From positions 1-39,266 of IMG/VR virus record IMGVR_UViG_3300021185_002770: DNA of 39,266 nucleotides; one strand, 5' to 3'. Shown one piece after another: positions 34,235 through 39,266 of the stretch; position 1 is the stretch's first letter; each line of letters begins with the position of its first letter. The notes beneath the pieces were generated by a model that was not told the origin of the DNA, searched no databases, and saw only the letters and a program-made list of their open reading frames with translations. The DNA is from a virus (taxonomy: Duplodnaviria > Caudoviricetes). The position numbers were made by a program, and so were the translations under genes.

Positions 34235-34687
34235 TCAGCTAACGGGCCAGTCGTACTCAAGGTTGTTGGGTACGTTAGGCCACAGGGGTTTGTAATGGCC
34301 CTCGTCCTTACGGATGAGGTTGGACTGATGCGTACGGGCAATCTCCTTGATACGAGCGTCGTCGGTGAACCACTCAGGGAACGTCACGTCTAACGTATCG
34401 AGCACTGCTTGGAAGCGGGGGGTCATGGTGTCTTTGTAGCCACGACGTGTCCACTCGTTGCAGTTGAGGAGACCGTACATGGCGAGGCCACCGGGATGAC
34501 CTCGCCACATCTTGGTAGCTGGGTGACTGACCCAGCCCTTGTGGTCTTTCGGATTGCCTTCGTTGTCTACTCCCCGCAGAACGTTGAGGATCTGCCAGGT
34601 CTCTACACGTTGCTTGCCTAAGCGACGGTAGTCGAGAATGTCGAACCCTGATCGGATGTCGTTGGCTTCGGGGAGGAATGTTTGCAT
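34235..34687 (-). CDS. Pyrimidine dimer DNA glycosylase / MSMEG_6728-like (DenV superfamily)
   Basis: MQTFLP..LDYRRLGKQRVETWQIL..GWVSHPATKMWRG..EWTRRGY..HQSNLIRKD..Y.WP. Confidence 0.85.
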   Translation of the reverse strand: MQTFLPEANDIRSGFDILDYRRLGKQRVETWQILNVLRGVDNEGNPKDHKGWVSHPATKMWRGHPGGLAMYGLLNCNEWTRRGYKDTMTPRFQAVLDTLDVTFPEWFTDDARIKEIARTHQSNLIRKDEGHYKPLWPNVPNNLEYDWPVS

Positions 34688-34717
34688 AACGGTCACCTAC
34701 TTTCTAGTTGAGTGCTC

Positions 34718-34746
34718 AGTGTACAGGGGTTTACGAAGATCAGCAA
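34718..34746 (-). promoter_or_regulatory. SigA-type promoter
   Basis: Minus strand TTGCTG-N17-TACACT. Confidence 0.55.
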
Positions 34747-35033
34747 CACGAATCTACGTGGCCGTCGAAGAGCGTGTACCCGCAGGTCGAGCAGAGCCAT
34801 GCGTCGAAGTCTTTAGAATCGATGTACGGCTCCTCGTCGCAGTGGTTCCAATCCATCAAGCGGTCGTGGAGGTCGTCGTAGGGCAGCGAGGTGTCGGCAC
34901 CCTTTGTGGCCTCGATGGTGGTGCCTGCTACCACCAGGGCGTGCATGACGACCCGGTAGTCTGCCTCAGTCAGAGCGAGGAGAAAGTCTCCCGATTCAAA
35001 CTGGTCTTTCTCTTTCAGAGCTTGAGTTTCCAT
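34740..35033 (-). CDS. Hypothetical protein with C-terminal zinc ribbon
   Basis: TGATG coupling. C..H and CSTC motifs. Confidence 0.6.
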   Translation of the reverse strand: METQALKEKDQFESGDFLLALTEADYRVVMHALVVAGTTIEATKGADTSLPYDDLHDRLMDWNHCDEEPYIDSKDFDAWLCSTCGYTLFDGHVDSCC

Positions 35034-35143
35034 CACTTGTTCCTTTGCTTGGGTTTGGATGATATGAGTAGGGCTACCACGGCTATGAACGCTATCGTGA
35101 TACCTCCTACGAAGTCGAATAATGCTACGCCTTGTACGGTCAT
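35033..35143 (-). CDS. 36-aa single-pass membrane peptide (not in ORF track)
   Basis: MTVQGVALFDFVGGITIAFIAVVALLISSKPKQRNK*. It fills the gap between its neighbours exactly. Confidence 0.6.
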   Translation of the reverse strand: MTVQGVALFDFVGGITIAFIAVVALLISSKPKQRNK

Positions 35144-35144
35144 G

Positions 35145-35366
35145 TTACTTTTCTTCTTTCTTCTTGTATGTCTCGCCCCGCCAGAGCATATCTGGTCGAG
35201 ACGAATCGTTGACGGTAACTACGGGATAATTACCTGTGTCCTCGTCGGTTGGGAACAATTCACTGCCTTCCCTCCGAAGGGTGTGCATCACTGCGAACCA
35301 GAATGATCTGATCGTAGCGACGGCCCATACCAATAGGAATCCCATAGCAAACACTGCGTATATCAT
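35145..35366 (-). CDS. Small membrane protein
   Basis: N-terminal TM segment and an ATGA overlap. Confidence 0.6.
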   Translation of the reverse strand: MIYAVFAMGFLLVWAVATIRSFWFAVMHTLRREGSELFPTDEDTGNYPVVTVNDSSRPDMLWRGETYKKKEEK

Positions 35367-35542
35367 CGCAGCTTCTTAAGGGCAGCGGTGCAAGGTACGC
35401 CGTTTACACATACCCGACATGCTGTCTGTGTGCGGGGAGCGCCCATGGTATGTCCTGCCTCGCACTTGTAGAAGTGCTTTTGGCGTTTCTTACGCATCTG
35501 CTCCATCTTCTCGGAGTATGTCTCGGCAGAGGTCATATCCAT
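35363..35542 (-). CDS. 59-aa Cys/His-rich protein (not in ORF track)
   Basis: MDMTSAETYSEKMEQMRKKRQKHFYKCEAGHTMGAPRTQTACRVCVNGVPCTAALKKLR*. It fills the gap exactly. Confidence 0.6.
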   Translation of the reverse strand: MDMTSAETYSEKMEQMRKKRQKHFYKCEAGHTMGAPRTQTACRVCVNGVPCTAALKKLR

Positions 35543-35543
35543 C

Positions 35544-35744
35544 TCAGTACCTGCTTTCTACGAACATGCCGTCGATAAGATCGGTGAGACCGTCAACTAG
35601 ATCCATCTCCACGTCCGGTTCTTCCGATGACATATCCCACTCGTAATCATCGATATCATCGATATCATCGAAGTCGATATCATCGATTCTGAGGTCTTCA
35701 GCATCTTGGTCGAGTATTTCCTGTAGCTCAATGTCGCTAGTCAT
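35544..35744 (-). CDS. 66-aa very acidic protein
   Basis: Start moved to ATG 35744 (AAGGA upstream). 27 D/E against 2 R. Confidence 0.65.
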   Translation of the reverse strand: MTSDIELQEILDQDAEDLRIDDIDFDDIDDIDDYEWDMSSEEPDVEMDLVDGLTDLIDGMFVESRY

Positions 35745-35777
35745 CTCATGTTGTCCTTGTCGTTGTCGGTTTCGTTG

Positions 35778-35922
35778 TCGGTTTCGTAGTCCCACTCATC
35801 TTTCGAGGGACCGATGTCTTTACGCCCTGGGCGAGCGGAGGCTCGGAGCCAATCGCCATCAGAGAATCTCTGACGATCAGACTGGCTCCAAGCCTGTCGA
35901 ACCGTGTACTTAGCCACGGTTC
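35778..35922 (-). ncRNA. Candidate structured RNA (long hairpin plus hammerhead-like remnant)
   Basis: A 16-bp outer stem and 8-bp inner stem at 35839-35895, with mismatches that become G-U on the minus strand. 8-bp hairpin at 35899-35922. GUC..GAUGAG..CGAAAC at 35778-35814. Confidence 0.5.
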
Positions 35923-36032
35923 TTACGATCTCGCAGAGCCTCCATCAGCTCTGCAAGATCGACTTCGGGAGCGCCAGGACGATGGAATGGAACGATGACC
36001 TCGTTCTTGGCGTTGGTTCGGATCTCTGACAT
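35910..36032 (-). CDS. 40-aa protein (not in ORF track)
   Basis: MSEIRTNAKNEVIVPFHRPGAPEVDLAELMEALRDRKNRG*. Strong GAGGAGG RBS and its own promoter. Confidence 0.75.
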   Translation of the reverse strand: MSEIRTNAKNEVIVPFHRPGAPEVDLAELMEALRDRKNRG

Positions 36033-36068
36033 AGTGACCTCCTCGGTCGGTTGTTGTTATGTGGTTAC

Positions 36069-36097
36069 ACCTTACCAAACGGTTACGGGTGACGCAA
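36069..36097 (-). promoter_or_regulatory. SigA-type promoter
   Basis: Minus strand TTGCGT-N17-TAAGGT with an extended TG. Confidence 0.65.
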
Positions 36098-36143
36098 CCC
36101 TAAGAGTAATCATCGGCGCAGTCGGGGCAAAGAGTGAAGCCCC

Positions 36144-37619
36144 TTATCGATAGGTATCGAGTAGGGAGTCTTGAGCTGCTGCCAAGAGGAACTCACCGTC
36201 GCCATCGATGGCTGAGGTTGTGTTGAAGTTCTTGGCCTCCAGGATGTTCCAGAGTCGCTCATCGATGGTCCAGATGTTGTCGATGGCGCACAAGGCGATC
36301 TCGACATGCACGTCCTTGGTCTGGCCGATACGGTGCAGACGATCTTCGGCCTGCTTGAGGTCCGCAGGAGTCCAGGGAAGCTGGACGATGACGACTCGGT
36401 GGTTACGACCGTCACCATGAAGTGTGAGGCCGACACCTGCCGCTGTGATCTGACCAACGAGCACTCGGCTTGCTCCTGAGTTAAAGGCATCGACCGCCTC
36501 GGCCTTAGCCGTATCGCTCATGCCGCCCCGAACCGTTGTGGCGTTGTACTTCGACAGACCAGCGAGCAGTCCGTCCATCACGTCACCATGCTCGGCAACA
36601 ACGAACACACCTCCTGGTTCGCTGTCTAACAGCTCTTTGATGTGAGCGACTGCCGACTCCACCTTGGCCTCTCCTGCGGCCTTACGGAGCGATGTGAGGC
36701 GAATGAGAGCCTCGGCACGCTGCTGTCCAGCGGTCACCTTGCCGTCGTTGCTATCAGCGAGGAACGAGATGATGTCCTCGTGCATTCTCCGATACTTGGA
36801 GACGGCCTTGCCCTTGCCCTCCAAGGCGAGAGAGGTGCGGCCCTTGTTAGGCATCTCGATAACGTCGTCACGAAGCCTACGGAAGAACCATGAGTTAGTC
36901 ATACGCTTGTGCAGACCCTCGCTGTCGTTGTTACCACGACCGCCCCACGAGTCTGTCTGGGGGGCGTAGTTCTGCCAGAAGCCTCCGATACCACCGATAT
37001 CAGACCATGCCCCGGTACCTAGCACGTCTATCTGCTTGGCAAGCTCGGCGTGGCGACCGTTAGGCATCGGCGTGCCAGACATAAGCACTCGTGGCCCTGT
37101 AATGCTCTTTGATAGGGTATCAAGAGCCTTAGAGCGCTTTGACTCTCGGTTCTTGAACCGGTGAGCCTCATCGACTACAAGCGCCCCCACCTGACCGATG
37201 AGTGACTCATGCCAGGCCATGACACTGCTGTCGCCCATCACGAGCACGTCGGCGTCAGCCGGGATGTCGTGAGGCTTGGTGCCCTTCAAGACGTAACCCT
37301 TGAGGCCGGGGGCGAACTTCTTGATCTCACGAACCCAGTTGATACGGAGGCTCGGAGGCACGATGATGAGCGTGGGCGTGATACCGGCGTCCTTGCAACC
37401 TACGGCGATGCTGATGCCGCAGGGAGTCTTTCCCAGGCCCATCTCCAAGCCGATGTAGCCGTACTGGTCGGTATTCGACCGTAGAGCGTGCTCCACAGCC
37501 TCACGCTGGAAGTCATACAACGGGAGGGCAGTGTCGCCAGGACGCACGGCGGAGGTCGAGGTCGAGGTGCCTGTCGTCGGTGAAACACCGATATCGGAGA
37601 GCATATCGTTCAAGTTCAT
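36144..37619 (-). CDS. SNF2-family helicase (second copy)
   Basis: LYDFQ, EMGLGKT, IIVPPSLRINW, VVDEAH, MSGTPMPN, AAGVGLTL and LPWTP..QAEDRLHRIGQ. Confidence 0.92.
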   Translation of the reverse strand: MNLNDMLSDIGVSPTTGTSTSTSAVRPGDTALPLYDFQREAVEHALRSNTDQYGYIGLEMGLGKTPCGISIAVGCKDAGITPTLIIVPPSLRINWVREIKKFAPGLKGYVLKGTKPHDIPADADVLVMGDSSVMAWHESLIGQVGALVVDEAHRFKNRESKRSKALDTLSKSITGPRVLMSGTPMPNGRHAELAKQIDVLGTGAWSDIGGIGGFWQNYAPQTDSWGGRGNNDSEGLHKRMTNSWFFRRLRDDVIEMPNKGRTSLALEGKGKAVSKYRRMHEDIISFLADSNDGKVTAGQQRAEALIRLTSLRKAAGEAKVESAVAHIKELLDSEPGGVFVVAEHGDVMDGLLAGLSKYNATTVRGGMSDTAKAEAVDAFNSGASRVLVGQITAAGVGLTLHGDGRNHRVVIVQLPWTPADLKQAEDRLHRIGQTKDVHVEIALCAIDNIWTIDERLWNILEAKNFNTTSAIDGDGEFLLAAAQDSLLDTYR

Positions 37620-37654
37620 ATCAGATCCTAATCGTTCGGGGTGGTGGAAGTGTC

Positions 37655-37695
37655 ATAGTAGTTCACGGGGAGCAGGCTGTCAAGCCCGCCCCCCG
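37655..37695 (-). promoter_or_regulatory. Near-consensus SigA promoter whose -35 sits in the loop of a 13-bp hairpin
   Basis: TTGACA-N17-TACTAT. Inverted repeat at 37666-37695. Confidence 0.7.
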
Positions 37696-37702
37696 CTACA
37701 GG

Positions 37703-38371
37703 TCATATCTTTGTGATACACACGGGTCCAATGCCTCGCTCGACACTCGACTGCTCGGTCAGCTCTCGGGAGCAGATCAGGCAGTTGCCGGTGCGATGAC
37801 CGAACGCCGCTGCCTGCTCGACTGTGATCCTGTCGCTGTCTGTCAGCGAGAAGGAAGCGGCACGGTCGAACTCCCAGCCCGACGCAACCTTACGGTGCGC
37901 CCAGAGCTTGCCGACCTTGGTTGCCTTGACCTTCCAGATGTCGTCGCCCTTGACGAAGAAGCCTTCGCCGCTAGGACCACCGGACTGCTCACCAGTCGCC
38001 GTCATAGCTTTGGGCAAGCCTTTGAGGATATCAATCGCCCCCGATGCAGCAGCCTTGTTCATCTGCTTTGTCCCGATGAGCATCTCAAACGTCTCGCACG
38101 TTGCGTTGGTGCGTTCGTCGGTACGGTCGCACGACCCAATCATCTTCTCGATGAAGCTGATCTGCTTGTCGCTGGCACGGTTGGCGCACCAGCCTGAGTC
38201 GTCGCCGTCGATCGGGCAGTCGAGGAGCTTGTCGATCAGGGCCGACTTGTCCTTGGGCGTCATTGCGTCGAGGGGCAGTGTCGCCATGGCTTCACTAAGG
38301 TCATTCATGCCCAGTGCTGTGAGGCGCTCGCCCACGAGCTTGATGATGAAGGTGTCTTGCTTTGCAGTCAT
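37703..38371 (-). CDS. DUF6011-like zinc-finger protein
   Basis: C-terminal AAAFGHRTGNCLICSRELT..SVERGIGPVC and an ASDKQISFI motif. AGGAG RBS. Confidence 0.75.
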   Translation of the reverse strand: MTAKQDTFIIKLVGERLTALGMNDLSEAMATLPLDAMTPKDKSALIDKLLDCPIDGDDSGWCANRASDKQISFIEKMIGSCDRTDERTNATCETFEMLIGTKQMNKAAASGAIDILKGLPKAMTATGEQSGGPSGEGFFVKGDDIWKVKATKVGKLWAHRKVASGWEFDRAASFSLTDSDRITVEQAAAFGHRTGNCLICSRELTEQSSVERGIGPVCITKI

Positions 38372-38433
38372 AACTACTCCTAGTAGGTATCGGGTGGAGA
38401 ACTAATGGTATCAGGTGGATATCAGAAAGCACA

Positions 38434-38502
38434 ACGTGAAGGCACTACGATTCGCAATGCCCTCACGTCATGCCGGGGAGCGCCCACCACAAACGCTCCC
38501 CG
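38434..38502 (-). terminator. Tandem hairpins downstream of the vWA gene
   Basis: cggggagcg/cgctccccg (38474-38502) and a 16-bp stem with three G-U pairs on the minus strand (38434-38468), followed by UGUGCUUUCU. Confidence 0.6.
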
Positions 38503-38512
38503 ACCGACTGCC

Positions 38513-39265
38513 TCAGTCTACTAAGGCGTGCAATGCAGACTCGATGACCGGACCCATCTGCGCTGCGTTGCTGATGGTCACCGTCGAGTCGGCGTAGCTG
38601 TGACCAGCAGGAGGGGTGCTGTTACCGATACATACCAGTAGGTACTTGGTATTGTCACGGCGTTCGGTACTAAGTATGGAGTACCGCTCCTCGCTGCCCC
38701 AGGAGCCGTCTGTAACGATCACAACAAGGTGATTACTGACTGAATCATCGCAGTGATTCAGGCTGTCTCTGATGGCATCCTCAGCCCAGGTGCCGCCCCC
38801 GGTGGTGTAGTAGACCGGCTCAGGGCCGTTAGTGGCTACTTGATACACCTTGCGGTGACTGTTCCAGAGCAGGAAGTCAGTGGGAAGGCCAATCTCATCG
38901 GCTGCACTGTGCAGCGTGTAGATCGCTTGGCTGGCTTCGTCCATCAAGTGACCGGACATCGAGCCACTGTTATCGACCAGCACCGAAAGGTGCATATCGA
39001 GCTTGTCGCTGACCTCGCCTTCCATGTTTCGCCGGTAGTCACGAGCGCCGACCTCCCTGGTGCGATATGCCAGGGGGTCGAGGTAACCCTCCTCTTGCCC
39101 GCCCGTCATGTGGGGCGTCAGGGCTGCCAGGAAGCTATTGAAGCCATCAGCGATGGCCCTTGCGTTGCCCTCGCAGGACTCGACAGTCACTTCGTCAAAC
39201 TCACGCTTGGAGCCGGTGTAGACCGGATACTGTGAACCGCCGCCGTCACTGTGGGCCGCAGAGAC
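38513..39265 (-). CDS. von Willebrand factor A (vWA, CobT-like) domain protein, 5' truncated by the window edge
   Basis: MIDAS motif VLVDNSGSM, GGGT and VIVTDG. The frame stays open to the window end. Confidence 0.85.
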   Translation of the reverse strand, partial: VSAAHSDGGGSQYPVYTGSKREFDEVTVESCEGNARAIADGFNSFLAALTPHMTGGQEEGYLDPLAYRTREVGARDYRRNMEGEVSDKLDMHLSVLVDNSGSMSGHLMDEASQAIYTLHSAADEIGLPTDFLLWNSHRKVYQVATNGPEPVYYTTGGGTWAEDAIRDSLNHCDDSVSNHLVVIVTDGSWGSEERYSILSTERRDNTKYLLVCIGNSTPPAGHSYADSTVTISNAAQMGPVIESALHALVD

Positions 39266-39266
39266 A

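Noticed and set aside
34097-34237. Stop-codon readthrough or selenocysteine recoding at the DenV-like UGA, prompted by the downstream pseudoknot
   Set aside because: The protein already ends at the family-typical Y.WP C-terminus. Readthrough adds about 45 unremarkable codons and reaches no other gene.
34638-35306. 222-aa plus-strand ORF, and similar long antisense ORFs (37580..38197, 37824..38405, 615..1193)
   Set aside because: They are shadows of well-supported genes on the opposite strand and have no recognisable motifs.
35745-35795. N-terminal RNRQRNRQ extension of the acidic ORF
   Set aside because: It comes from a 12-bp AC-rich repeat in the leader. The RBS supports the ATG at 35744.
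1-39266. tRNA genes and integrase/att sites
   Set aside because: I recognised no cloverleaf with a T-loop consensus and no recombinase by eye. tRNAscan-SE or ARAGORN would be needed to confirm.

Overview
A 39-kb segment of a large tailed dsDNA phage, probably a myovirus (gp25-like, baseplate J-like and wedge genes). The host is probably an Actinomycetota species, inferred from WhiB, an MSMEG_6728/DenV-like gene, SigA-type promoters and leaderless genes. Plus strand, in order: (1) a tandem array of paralogous tail-fibre genes, an FN3-repeat adhesin and baseplate genes (1-8637); (2) replication, recombination and nucleotide metabolism: DnaC-like loader, DnaB, primase, SNF2, SSB, PolA, RecA, HD hydrolase, two resolvase-like nucleases, Cas4-like exonuclease, ThyX and SpoVS (8713-25196); (3) a block of low-complexity proteins, then a dATP/dGTP diphosphohydrolase, degenerate HAD-like and TGT-like proteins, WhiB and a glycosyltransferase (25209-33304). 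Past a convergent terminator lies a minus-strand, probably early region with a vWA protein, a DUF6011-like protein, a second SNF2, a DenV-like protein and many small ORFs. Its intergenic spaces hold strand-specific structured RNAs. The strongest oddities are: the modular fibre array with a shared N-terminal peptide; a C16 tract in the gene upstream of the helicase loader; tandem hairpins inside the start of polA; a TGT-fold protein that has lost its catalytic motifs; a roughly 195-nt multi-domain RNA with a pseudoknot in front of a possible Sm-like ORF; and a hammerhead-like remnant. All family calls come from motif recognition by eye. No database searches or folding programs were run.
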